From NCBI GenBank assembly GCA_963795125.1, contig CAWCGQ010000001.1, positions 407,024-471,023 on the forward strand: a stretch of 64,000 nucleotides of DNA, written 5' to 3'. The position numbers and the translations under genes were made by a program. Each line of letters begins with the position of its first letter. Positions within the stretch are counted from its first letter, which is position 1. Under the pieces are notes generated by a model. It worked only from the letters and a program-made list of their open reading frames with translations, did not search any database and was not told the origin of the DNA. This document shows positions 8,575 through 18,938 of this stretch, piece after piece. Source of the stretch: an uncultured Acidimicrobiia bacterium. Lineage in GTDB: Bacteria > Acidobacteriota > Vicinamibacteria > Vicinamibacterales > UBA2999.

Positions 8575-9543
8575 TCATGCCAGCCTGACCCGCGGATCGA
8601 GCCAGGCGCATGCCGCGTCCGACAGCGCGTTGGCGCACACCACGGCGATCGAGATGAACAGGAAGGCCGACGTGACCAGCGGATAGTCGCGGTGCAGCGC
8701 CGCGTGCAGGATCACGTTGCCGAGGCCCGGCCAGCCGAACAGATATTCGGTGAACGCCGCGCCGCCGACGATTTGCGGCGCGTGCTGGCCTGCGAGCGTC
8801 GCCACCGCCGACAGCGCCTGCGGCCACGCGTGGCGGAGTAACAGTTGTCGCGCCGACAGGCCGCGCGCGCGCGCCGCCTGCATGAAGGTGTCGTCCATCG
8901 CCTCGAGCAGCGCCGCGCGCGTCACCCGCGCGACGACCGCCATGAACGGTATCGAGAGGGTGACCGCCGGCAGCACCAGATGCTGCAACACGTCGAAGGC
9001 GTAGTCCGCGCCAAACAGGGTTTCACGCGCGGTGGTGAGGCCGCCAACCGGAAGCAGGCGGAGCTTGACCGCGACGAGAAGAATCAGCACCTGGCCGGTC
9101 CAATAGATCGGCGCCGAATACATCAGCGCCGACGCCGAGCGAATCGCGCCATCCATCAGGCGCGAGCGCCACACCACCGACGCCGAGGCAAGCGCCGCGC
9201 CGCCGACGATCGACAACACCAGTGCCGTGGCGCCAAGCAGCAGCGAGGCCGGTGCGTATCGCGCCAGTACGGAGCCCACCGGCGCCTCGTAGGTGAACGA
9301 ATAGCCGAAGTCGCCGGTGAGGAGGGCGCGGGTGTAGCTGGCGAACTGCTCGGTGAGCGGCCGATCCAGCGCGAACTTCGCGCGCATGTCGTCGTAATAG
9401 GCCGGGCTGCCGCCGTCACCCGCGAGCAGGTACACCGGATCGCCCGGCGCCAGGTGGATCAACAGGAACGTCAGGACGGTAATGCCGACGACTACCGGCA
9501 CTGCCAGCACCAGCCGCCGCGCCGCCCAGTGCGCGAACGTCAC
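8575..9543 (-). CDS. ABC transporter permease, peptide/nickel (DppB/NikB-like) family
   Basis: ORF 8575..9582. The likely GTG start at 9543 overlaps the binding-protein stop (GTGA). LIHLAPGDPV near the N-terminus and ARARGLSARQLLLRHAWPQAL are typical of DppB-type permeases. Confidence 0.85.
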   Translation of the reverse strand: MTFAHWAARRLVLAVPVVVGITVLTFLLIHLAPGDPVYLLAGDGGSPAYYDDMRAKFALDRPLTEQFASYTRALLTGDFGYSFTYEAPVGSVLARYAPASLLLGATALVLSIVGGAALASASVVWRSRLMDGAIRSASALMYSAPIYWTGQVLILLVAVKLRLLPVGGLTTARETLFGADYAFDVLQHLVLPAVTLSIPFMAVVARVTRAALLEAMDDTFMQAARARGLSARQLLLRHAWPQALSAVATLAGQHAPQIVGGAAFTEYLFGWPGLGNVILHAALHRDYPLVTSAFLFISIAVVCANALSDAACAWLDPRVRLA

Positions 9544-11083
9544 CGCGCCTTCCGCACCGTTTCGGCAAAGGCGCCGGTCCACAGCCGGAAGCCGGTGAAC
9601 TCGGTGCGATACGCGCGCAGGCCTTCGGAATCGATCAGCCAGAAATAGGGCACCTCGTCGGCCAGGATCTTCTGGATCTCGACGTAGGCCCTGCGGCGCT
9701 CGGCGCGCTCCTGCGCCGCCGCGCCTTCGTCAAACAGCGCATCGACGCGCGCATTGCGATAGCCGGCGCCGTTCGAGAACGGATACGGGCCGATGTTCGA
9801 TGACACGTAAACGCGCCGAACCCCGATTTCCGGATCCGATCCGTTGCAGAACGAGGCCATGCCGAGGTCGAACGTCTTTCTTGACGAAGACCTGATCGAC
9901 CTGCGAGTTGAAATCCATCGACCGCAGATTGAGCGTGATGCCCGCGGCACTCAACTGGTCGCGCAGCGCCATCGCCAGCCGCTGCTGCGTTTGCGCATGC
10001 GTAAACGTGATCGCGATGCGCTCGCCGTTGGTCCCCGCTGTGAACCCGGCTTCGTCGAGCAGTCGGCGCGCTTCGCCGGCATCGTGGGCGTACTGCCGGA
10101 CATCCGGCGTGTAGGCCCACGCCAGCAGGTGACTGATCGGTCCGGTCGCCGGCTGGCCCTGGCCAAAGTACACGCGATCGACGATCGCCTGGCGGTCGAG
10201 CGCGTGTGCGAACGCGCGCCTCACGCGCAGATCGCTGAAGGGCGGTTTGGTCACGTTGGGAATCAGCACGTCCTGGCAGATTGAGCCGCCCGACCCCCCG
10301 GTCCCGGCAACGACGGCGATGCCGGGGGTCTGCTGGAGCCGCTGGATCTCTGGCCCCGAGACGCTGCCCGCGTAATCGATCTCGCCGCGCTCGAGCGCCG
10401 CGATTGCCGTGCTCGCTTCGGGCAGGATCTGGAACACCAGCCGATCGACGCCCGGGAGGTCCTTGCGGAAATAGTCGGGATTGCGCTCGAGGACGACCTG
10501 CGACCCCGGCGCGTAGCTCGCGAACCGGAACGGCCCGGTGCCGATGGGATGCGGCGGCCCCGACGCTTTCATCACGTCGAGTCCGGCGAACCTGTGCTTC
10601 GCAATGATCGACGCTTCGACGACGTCGAGCCGTTGGAGAAGCGCGCTGTACGGGTGCTTCAGCCGGAACACCACGGTGTGATCGTCAGGCGCGTCGATGC
10701 CGAGCATCAGGGGTTCGAGCGCCGCCCTGGTCCGGGAGTGGTACTTGAGCAGCGCCTCTTCGAACGTGAACTTGACGTCGGCGGCGGTGAATGGCGCGCC
10801 GTCGTGCCACCGCACGTCGCGACGCAGCCGGAATCGATAGGTGCGTCCCCCGTCCTCGGTGTCCCAGGCTTCGGCGAGTTCGGGAACCGGATTCAGATTC
10901 TCGTCGAGGCCAACGAGCCCGTTGAAGATCTGGTCCGTCACCGGGTGGGTGTTGCCCGATGTCGTCACGGCAGGATTGAGCGCGCCCAGGATCGCCGGCC
11001 TGCGAGACGACCAGCGTCGTTTGATTGGAAGGGGATCTGTCGCAGGCGACGCTTAACAGCAGCACGAACACCAGTCGGCGCAC
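9540..11083 (-). CDS. ABC transporter substrate-binding protein, family 5 (peptide/nickel type), exported; two single-base frame breaks (about 10980 and 9873)
   Basis: Signal/lipoprotein-like N-terminus MRRLVFVLLLSVAC (ORF 10685..11083). Core in ORF 9730..10968 (FNGLVGLDENLNPVPELAEAWD...TYRFRLRRDVRWHDG). C-terminus in ORF 9540..9950 (FDLGMASFCNG...VPYFWLI). Confidence 0.85.
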
Positions 11084-11178
11084 GCCGACACCCTATCAGG
11101 TTCCCTGGCCTTTCGGCCAACCCCCAGGTGTCCGCAGTCAATCGAGCGACCCCGGGTTTTCAGGTAGACTTGTTCGAG

Positions 11179-11565
11179 ATGCGGTCGGTCGCCGTCGTTC
11201 TGTGCGTAGCGCTCTTCGGTCTCAATGCCGAAGCGGCACTGCTGCACGTCCACGGCGGCGATGCCGACAGCGACCACCATCATCGTAGCGCTGCCGCGCA
11301 CGCTCACCAGATCCGGCTCGAGTTGCCGCCGGCGGATTCCGAGCTGCACGCCCCGGACGACGATCGTTCGGCTGTCGGGGTGGTCCTCGCGAAGGCCACC
11401 GCTTCGCAGCCCCATCACTGGCTCTCGGTGAGCCTGTCTGTCGTCGCGGTCGAGGCGCCCCCCTCAGCCCACGTCCCGCAGTTGGTCGTCACCCCACGGG
11501 CACACGGCCCTCCCCCCGGGCGCTCGTGCTCTCCACGCGCCCCGCCTCGTTCCAGCCTGCTCTGA
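11179..11565 (+). CDS. hypothetical small His-rich protein with N-terminal hydrophobic segment, upstream of the RND efflux operon
   Basis: Internal ATG of ORF 10549..11565: MRSVAVVLCVALFGLNAEAALLHVHGGDADSDHHHRSAAAHAH.... GC3 bias is strong in this frame. The C-terminal third is low-complexity, so the end is uncertain. Confidence 0.4.
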   Translation: MRSVAVVLCVALFGLNAEAALLHVHGGDADSDHHHRSAAAHAHQIRLELPPADSELHAPDDDRSAVGVVLAKATASQPHHWLSVSLSVVAVEAPPSAHVPQLVVTPRAHGPPPGRSCSPRAPPRSSLL

Positions 11566-11629
11566 AACCACGATCGGTTAGTCCGATCGTCGCGTCGCTT
11601 TTCGTACCCATTCTCAAGAGGTAGTTCGT

Positions 11630-12845
11630 ATGCGGACCCGTTACCGGGTTGCGCTGCGCCGCCGCCTGTATTGCGTGCAGCCCGCTCGGGTCGCAGGCTC
11701 AGGAGCGGACCGAGCAAGACATCGTCGAGCTGATTGTGCGCGAGAGCCCTCAGGCCAACGCCATTCGCGCGGCCGCTGAGACATCGACGGCTGAACAGTC
11801 CGCCAGGCGGGCGTTTCCCAACCCGGCGGTGAGCTACGCCCGCGAGGGTGCGGGCATCACCGAGTTCTACCAGATGGATCAGCCGCTGCCGGCATTTGGA
11901 CTTCGCAGCGCGCTGCGCCGTGTTGGTGTGGCCGCCCGCGAAGCCGCCGAAGCCGAGCGTGACGCACGCCTGTGGCAGTTACGGGTTGATGCGCAGATTG
12001 CCTTCGCGCGATGGCGAGCGGCAACAGAGCGCCTGGAAGCCACCAGGTCCGTCGAGCGGCTGGTCGAGCAGTTGATCGGCGTCCTGCTTACGCGCGAGCG
12101 AGAGGGTGAGGGATCGCGCTTCGACCGCGTCCGATCGGAACAGGATCTCGTCGACGCCAGGCAAGCCGTCGCGGTCGCGGAGATGGATCGACTCGCGGCC
12201 CGCGGCACCGTGTTCGCGATGTTGCCGCCGAACACGCCTCTGCCGGATGCCATCGCCGGCCGGTCCGCGACCACCGCTCCGGACCCAACCGAAGCGCTCG
12301 TTCAGAAAGCGTCAATGGGCCGAGCGGAACTGCGCGCCCTCGACAGCAGCGCCCGGCGATTCGCTCTCGAAGCGGAGGCGGCCAAACGGGCTGTCGGACC
12401 CGCGCTCACCCTCAGTGGCGGTGTCAAGCGGGCGGACGACAACGACGACATGCAAACCGGCGGCGTCGTCGGTGTCAGTGTCATCGTGCCATTCTTCAAC
12501 CGCGGCGGCCTGGAGGTGACACGCTGGAACGCCGAGCGAAGCCGCATTGAATTCGAGCGCGTGGTCGTTGACGCCGCGATCCGCGCGGAAGTGACGACCG
12601 CGGCGGCGATTGTGTCGTTGCGACGCCAGGTGGCAACGATGACCCGCGATGCGCGGGCCTCCGCCGACGATCTCGTGACGATGGCGGACGTCGCCTATCG
12701 CGAAGGCGAGGCCGGCATCCTGCAACTGCTCGATGCCTACCGAACCATGGGCCGGGCGCAGGAACGCGCCGCCATCGCAGCCCTGGAGCTTCGCCTCGGC
12801 GAGATCGCGCTCGAGCGCGCAGTAGGAGTGACGTTGTGGCCTTGA
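11630..12845 (+). CDS. outer-membrane efflux protein (TolC/CusC/CzcC family); probable extra base in GGG at 11646-11648
   Basis: ORF 11649..12845 (398 aa) has two-repeat OEP-like helical content. An ATG at 11630, preceded by AAGAGG 8 nt upstream, is one base out of frame. Removing one G gives the signal-like MRTRYRLRCAAACIACSPLGSQAQ. Confidence 0.8.
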
Positions 12846-14377
12846 AACATGCAGTGATGGTTTTGCTGACGGTGGTCTCGTTCGCCAGTTGCCGGCGTGG
12901 TGCTGAACCGACGCCGCCGCCCGACGACGGCCCGGAGCCGCTCAGCGTCACGCGCTGGACCGGGCGAACCGAGCTCTTCGCCGAATATCCATCGCTCGTC
13001 GCCGGCCAGACCTCGCGGTTTGCGATCCACCTCACGACGCTCAGTCCGTTCGAGGCGGTGACCGAGGGCACCGTCGAGGTGCAGCTCACCGACAGCACGG
13101 GACAGGCGCAATCCTTTTCCGTGGATGCCCCGTCACGACCGGGAATTTTCGGCGTCGACGTGAAGCCCGCGCGCGCGGGGAAGTTCGACTTGATCATCTT
13201 GTTACGCGGCAAGTCCATGACCGACACCCACACCGTCGGCGCCGTCGATGTCTTCAGCGACGCGGGGGCCGCGGCGTCTGCCGCGGCAGCGATGCCCGAG
13301 TCGGGGGCCGAGACATTCAGTTTCCTGAAGGAGCAGCAGTGGGTCCTCGACTTCGCAACAACTGTTGTGGAGCAACAGCGGCTGCGCGAGTCGATTCGAG
13401 TGCCGGGCGAAATTGTGCCGGCGCCAGGAGCCGAAGCCGACGTCTTCGCGCCGTTCGACGGACGCCTGGCCTCGGTCGTTTCCCTGGCGCCGGGTACTGC
13501 CGTCTCGGCCGGACAGGAACTGGCCCGGATTCAACCGCCGCCGGGGGCTGCAGCAGACTTGCCGCAGCTGGAACGCGGCCGGACACATGCCGCATCGGTG
13601 CTGGAGCAGGCATCGCGCGATCGCGAGCGGGCCGAACGGCTGGTGGCCGCGGGGGCGGCGCCCGAGCGGCGGCTCGACGACGCACGGGCGGCGGAAGCGC
13701 AGGCGGCTGCCGCTCTGAAGGCGGCGGAGGCGCAGCTTGCGCAGTTCAATGCGTCACGGTCGGCCGGCCCCGCCGGAGCGGCGGGGCAGTTCGTGATCCG
13801 CGCGCCGATTGGCGGCGTCATCGTCAACAGATCGGCGGCGGCCGGGATGAATGTCAGCGCCGGCACGGCGCTCTTCCACCTGGTGAACCCGTCGTCGATC
13901 CTGGTGGTCGGCCACATTCCCGAGGGACAGGTCGCGCGCGCGCGGTCCGTATCGGGCGCGCAGATTGAAGTGCCCGGCGCGGCATCCATGCGACCGGCGG
14001 GCAAACTGGTCTCGCTCGGCCGGGTTCTCGACCCTCAATCACGCACGCTGCCGATCACGTTCGCCGCCGACCTCGGGCTGCTGGGAGCGGCCGTGGGGCA
14101 AGCGGTGTTGGTGCAGCTGCTATTCGATCAGACGGCGGCGAGTGCGGTCGTGCCGGCGTCAGCGATTGTTGACGACGCCGGGAGCCCAATCGTGTTTGTG
14201 CAGGTGGAGGGTGAGGCCTTTGAACGCCGCGCGGTGACGCTTGGCACCCGCGAAGGCGAGCTCGTTCAAGTGATGGCGGGCGTGAGGCCAGGCGAACACA
14301 TCGTGGTGAGGGGTGCGTATCTGGTGCGGCTGGCATCGCTGTCGACGTCGGTGCCGGCGCACGGGCACGTGCATTGA
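12836..14377 (+). CDS. efflux RND periplasmic adaptor (CusB/CzcB/HlyD family) with extra N-terminal domain
   Basis: ORF 12836..14377 (513 aa). GTG start follows AGGAG. Lipobox-like LLTVVSFASC. Coiled-coil hairpin (AERLVAAGAAPERRLDDARAAEAQAAAALKAAEAQLAQ) and barrel regions typical of membrane-fusion proteins. Confidence 0.85.
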   Translation: MALKHAVMVLLTVVSFASCRRGAEPTPPPDDGPEPLSVTRWTGRTELFAEYPSLVAGQTSRFAIHLTTLSPFEAVTEGTVEVQLTDSTGQAQSFSVDAPSRPGIFGVDVKPARAGKFDLIILLRGKSMTDTHTVGAVDVFSDAGAAASAAAAMPESGAETFSFLKEQQWVLDFATTVVEQQRLRESIRVPGEIVPAPGAEADVFAPFDGRLASVVSLAPGTAVSAGQELARIQPPPGAAADLPQLERGRTHAASVLEQASRDRERAERLVAAGAAPERRLDDARAAEAQAAAALKAAEAQLAQFNASRSAGPAGAAGQFVIRAPIGGVIVNRSAAAGMNVSAGTALFHLVNPSSILVVGHIPEGQVARARSVSGAQIEVPGAASMRPAGKLVSLGRVLDPQSRTLPITFAADLGLLGAAVGQAVLVQLLFDQTAASAVVPASAIVDDAGSPIVFVQVEGEAFERRAVTLGTREGELVQVMAGVRPGEHIVVRGAYLVRLASLSTSVPAHGHVH

Positions 14378-14384
14378 GGCCGCG

Positions 14385-17300
14385 ATGATCGACGGGCTGA
14401 TTCGCTGGTCGCTTGGCCACCGCGCGCTCGTGCTCGCGGCGGCGGCGGCATTCTCGGTGTGGGGCCCCTGGTCGGCCTGGCACATGCCACTCGATGTGTT
14501 GCCCGATCTCACCGCGCCGGCGGTCACCATCCTGGTCGAAGCACCGGGCATGGATCCACTCGAAATCGAGTCGCTGGTGACCTTTCCGATTGAGTCGTCG
14601 CTCAACGGCGCCGCGGGCGTTCGCCGGGTGCGTTCGGCCACCGCGGTCGGCGTCGCGGTCATCTGGGTCGAGTTCGATTGGGGCCAGGATATTTCCCGGG
14701 CTCGTCAGATCGTCACCGAAAAACTGAGTCTCGTCTCGGCATCGTTGCCGGCTGGCGTGGGGCCGCCGTTTCTCGCGCCGGTCTCGTCAATCATGGGCGA
14801 GGTGCTGTTTGTCGGGCTCGAGTCCGATCGTCATTCCGGGATTGAGTTGCGCACCACGGCCGACACGGTGATCCGCCGCCGGCTGCTGGCGGTGCCGGGC
14901 GTGTCGCAGGTAATCGCGACCGGCGGAGAGCAGAAGCAGGTACGAAGTGGTCGTCGAACCGTCGCGGCTGCGTTCGTACGGGGTCACGCTGGCCGACGTC
15001 GAGCAGGCACTGTCTGCCGCCAATCGCAACGCCACCGCGGGATTCCAGGTGTCGGAAGGCCAGGAATACCTGATTCGCGGGCTGGGCCGTTTCACCAGCG
15101 TCGCCGACATCGGCGCGGTGGTGGTGCGCGCCAACGCCCAGACGCCGGTGCTCGTCCGGGATCTGGCGGCGGTGCGTGAAGGCGCCGGCATCAAACGTGG
15201 TGATGGCTCCCACAACGCGCGTCCGGCGGTGATTCTCGGGATCCAGAAGCAGCCGGGCGCCAACACCCTCGAACTCACGGAACGCATCGACACCACGCTG
15301 CTGGAGATTCAACAGGCGTTGCCCGAGGGGATGCAGATCCAGCCGAATCTGTTCCGCGGCGCGGACTTCATTCAACAGGCGTTGAGCAATCTGTTCCAGG
15401 CACTGCTCGAAGGCGCCGGTCTGGTGATGGTCGTTGTGATCGTGTTCCTGATGAACGCCCGTGCCGCCGGCATCACGCTCGTCGCGCTCCCGCTGTCCCT
15501 GATCGCCGCCGCCGTGGCGATGAACTGGTCGGGCGTCACGCTCAACACCATGAGCCTGGGCGGTCTGGCCATCGCGATCGGCGAGCTGGTGGACGATGCG
15601 ATCATCGATGTCGAGAACGTCGTCAGGCGGCTGCGCCAGAACGCGGCGCTGCCGCAGGCGGAGCGGACCAACACGCTGGCCGTCGTTTATCACGCCAGCA
15701 CCGAAGTGCGCGCGTCGGTGGTGTTCGCGACCGTCATCGTCGCGATCGTGTTCGTGCCGTTGTTCATGCTGGGCAGCGTCGAGGGCCGGCTGCTGCGACC
15801 GCTGGGCTTCGCCTACGTCGTGGCGCTGGTCGCGTCGCTGGTGGTGGCGCTGACCGTCACTCCGGTGTTGTGTTCACTGCTACTGCCCAAGGCGAAGTTG
15901 ATTGCGAGCGGCGCAGAACCCTGGCTGACGCGCCGGCTCAAACAGCTCTATGAGCCATGGCTGCAGCGCGCGGTCCGATCGTGGCGTGTGGTGATCACCG
16001 GCGCGACGGTGGCATTGATGGCCGCCCTGGTCGCCCTGTTCGCCGCCGGCCGTTCGTTCCTCCCTGCGTTCAATGAAGGTGCGCTGACCGTCAGCGCCGT
16101 GACGATCCCCGGCACGACGCTGGCAGACTCGAACGCGCTCGGCAATGCGCTGGAGCGGCTGCTGCTGAGCGTTCCGGAAGTGGCGTCCACGGCGCGGCGC
16201 ACCGGCCGCGCCGAGCTGGACGAACACGTGCAGGGGGTGGAGTCGTCGGAAATCGATGTGCGCCTCGAGATGCAAGACCGCTCCAAGGAAGAGGTCCTTC
16301 GCGACATCCGGGACAAGGTGTCGCTCCTGCCGGGCACGAACGTGACGGTGGGGCAGCCGATCTCGCATCGCATCGATCACATGCTGTCGGGCACGAGGGC
16401 CAATATCGCCGTGAAGATCTTCGGTGACGATCTCGCGGTTCTGCGATCGCTCGCGCAACAGGTCCAGGCGCAAATGGCGGGCGTGGACGGAGTGGTTGAC
16501 CTGTCGACCGAGATGCAGACGGAGATCCCGACGCTTCGGGTCAAGGTTGATCCGGAGTTGGCGTCGCGACATGGCCTGCCCGCCGGCGTGGTGGCCGAGA
16601 CGCTCCAGACGGCGCGTGTCGGCCGGCAGGTGGGGCAGGTGCTCGAAGGCCAGATCGGGTTTCCATTGATGGTCCGCTATGGATCCGAGGCATCGAGCGA
16701 TCTCGAGGCCATCGGCAACACCGAGATCGACACTCCAGGCGGCGCGCAGATTCCGCTGTCGGCCGTCGCGAGGATTCAACGCGATCGAGGGCCCAACTTC
16801 GTCATGCGCGAGAACGTGCAGCGGCGCATCGTGGTCCAGAGCAATGTTGCCGGGCGCGATCTGCGCAGCGTGGTCAGCGACATCCAGGCGGCGGTGGCGG
16901 CCAACGTCAAACTGCCTGCCGGCGTTCGCGTCGAGTACGGGGGCCAGTTCGAAAGCGAAGCCGCTGCCTCCCGCCAGCTGCTGTGGCTGTCGCTCGGCGT
17001 GGTGGTCGCGATTTTCTTCGTCCTGATGACGGCGTTCGGCTCCACGCGCGATGCCGTCCTGGTCATGCTGAACCTGCCGCTCGCCCTGATTGGCGGCGTC
17101 GCCGGCGTCTATTTGTCCGGCGGCGTGCTGTCGGTGGCCTCGATCGTCGGATTTATCACCCTGTTCGGCATCGCGACCCGCAACGGCATCATGCTGGTGT
17201 CCCACATCCGCCACCTTCAGCTGCACGAGGGCGTCACCGACTTCATGGCGGCGGTCGTCAGAGGTGCGACCGAGCGCCTGGTGCCAATTCTCATGACCGC

Positions 17301-17472
17301 CCTTGCGGCCGGGCTCGCGCTGGTGCCAATCGCGATGTCGGCGGGTGAGGCGGGCAGTGAAATCCAGGCGCCGATGGCCCTCGTGATCCTGTGCGGCCTG
17401 GCGAGCTCAACCGCCTTGAACATGATCGTCGTGCCGGTGCTGTACGCGCGTTTTGGCCGGCGGGTCAGCTGA
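14385..17472 (+). CDS. heavy-metal efflux RND pump (CusA/CzcA family); one extra G at about 14939-14940
   Basis: MIDGLIRWSL...PDLTAPAVTILVEAPGMDPLEIE is in ORF 14313..15179. It joins ORF 14947..17472 at GGEQKQ|YEVVVEPSRL once one G is removed. The TM4 region LAIAIGELVDDAIIDVENV is closer to the CusA-type pattern than to the CzcA DFG pattern. Confidence 0.9.
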
Positions 17473-18931
17473 TGTGAACTGCGCCCGCGTCGGTAACCAG
17501 CGGCCACCTGAGGATGAATTCCGATCCCCGTCCGGGGCCGTCACTGCGCGCGGTGATCGAGCCGCCGTGCATTTCGACCAGCCGCCTGGACACCGCCAGT
17601 CCGACACCCAGGCCGCCCGCGTCCGCGCTCGCGCGAACGAACAAGTCGAACAGGGTGCTCAACGTTTCCGGCGCCAGGCCGGTCCCGGTATCGGAGACGC
17701 GAATCACACCGGAGTCGCCTTCCCGCTCCACCACCACCGCGATCGAGCCTCCGGGCGGCGTGTAATTGATGGCGTTGTTGAGAACGTTGCCCAGCGTCTG
17801 GCTGAAGCGTTGGGTGTCGATGTCGATTTGGAGCAGGTCCGATCCCAGCGCAACGGACACGTCCTGCTGTTTGGTGTGCGCTGCCGCACGGATCTGTTCG
17901 ACGGCCTCGCCGGTGACATCGCGCAAGTCGACGCGCTGCTTGACCAGATCGATTGAGCCACGGATGACGCGGGATGCGTCCATCAGATCTTCGACGAGCG
18001 TGGTCATGTGGGCGAGTTGACGCTCCAATCGCGCGCGCACCCGATCCAACGCCTCCGGATTGGCCTTCAACACCGCGACCATCATCGTCGCGGCGTGCAA
18101 GGGCTGACGCAGCTCATGGGCGATCACCGCCAAGGCCTGGTCCTTGGTTCGATTGGCAAATTCCGCGGCGCGGCGAGCCGACTGTTCCGCCACCGTCGCG
18201 CGGTGCCGCTCGCGGGCGAGAATGGCCAGCTCCTCGTTCGCCTCGAGTAAATGCTGCTGGAGTTGGCGCTCGGACTCGTGCTCGGGTTCGCCGAGGAGGA
18301 AGCAATCCTCGCCCGTCAGCTGCAGCTGGCACGCGAGCGTCAACGGATGACCCTCGCCGTCGGTGAAATTGAGCAACAGTCGATCCGGCGGCGGTTCTCC
18401 GCCCAGAATCCGGCGCAAGCGCTCGGCATCCGCCTGCGTCAGGCGCGAAAAAATCGCGGTTCCGAGAAGGTCCCGCGTTTCAACGCCAAGGGCTCCCCTC
18501 ACCGCTTCGTTCGCGAAGAGCACCGTCCCATCCAACCTGACGCGAAGCACGTGAACGACCCGTGAGCGTTCCAACAGCCTGCCGATGAGGGCAGCCCGGT
18601 CGACCGCGAGGTTGAACATGTCCGGGCTGTCGCCGGACGACAGCCGCTCGAGCTCGACCAGCTTGGTGTAGGTCGGGTCCAACTTCAGGCCGGCGGGCAT
18701 CCAGGCGTGCGACGCTCGATGCGCGGGACTCGCATGCCAGGCCCGAAAAGTTGCCGAATCCGTCCAGCGGGTGACGAGATAAAAGACCGTCGGATCCGTG
18801 GTCTCCGTGAATGTTTCAAGCCCAAGAAAGCCCGGCCACGCGTCGACCAGTCGTGGCCGATTCTGGAATGCTGCGGCGACCTCGTTCTCGGTGGCATTCG
18901 CAACGCGGAAACGCGAGACGGCCAGGATCAT
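17465..18931 (-). CDS. cytosolic sensor histidine kinase with N-terminal ABM (IsdG/MhuD-like monooxygenase fold) domain, PAS, HisKA, HATPase_c
   Basis: ORF 17465..18988, likely start MILAVSRFRV at 18931. The ABM-like segment is ...PGFLGLETFTETTDPTVFYLVTRWTDSATFRAWHASPAHRASHA. H-box AHELRQPLH. ATPase motifs NVLNNAINYTPPGG, DTGTGL, GLGVGLAV. No TM segment. Confidence 0.8.
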   Translation of the reverse strand: MILAVSRFRVANATENEVAAAFQNRPRLVDAWPGFLGLETFTETTDPTVFYLVTRWTDSATFRAWHASPAHRASHAWMPAGLKLDPTYTKLVELERLSSGDSPDMFNLAVDRAALIGRLLERSRVVHVLRVRLDGTVLFANEAVRGALGVETRDLLGTAIFSRLTQADAERLRRILGGEPPPDRLLLNFTDGEGHPLTLACQLQLTGEDCFLLGEPEHESERQLQQHLLEANEELAILARERHRATVAEQSARRAAEFANRTKDQALAVIAHELRQPLHAATMMVAVLKANPEALDRVRARLERQLAHMTTLVEDLMDASRVIRGSIDLVKQRVDLRDVTGEAVEQIRAAAHTKQQDVSVALGSDLLQIDIDTQRFSQTLGNVLNNAINYTPPGGSIAVVVEREGDSGVIRVSDTGTGLAPETLSTLFDLFVRASADAGGLGVGLAVSRRLVEMHGGSITARSDGPGRGSEFILRWPLVTDAGAVHIS

Positions 18932-18938
18932 TGATCGA

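Noticed and set aside
11053-11717. Minus-strand ORFs 11053-11418 and 11415-11717 between the ABC binding-protein gene and the efflux operon
   Set aside because: They have low-complexity composition and no motifs. The plus-strand His-rich ORF and the efflux-gene leader explain the GC3 signal better.
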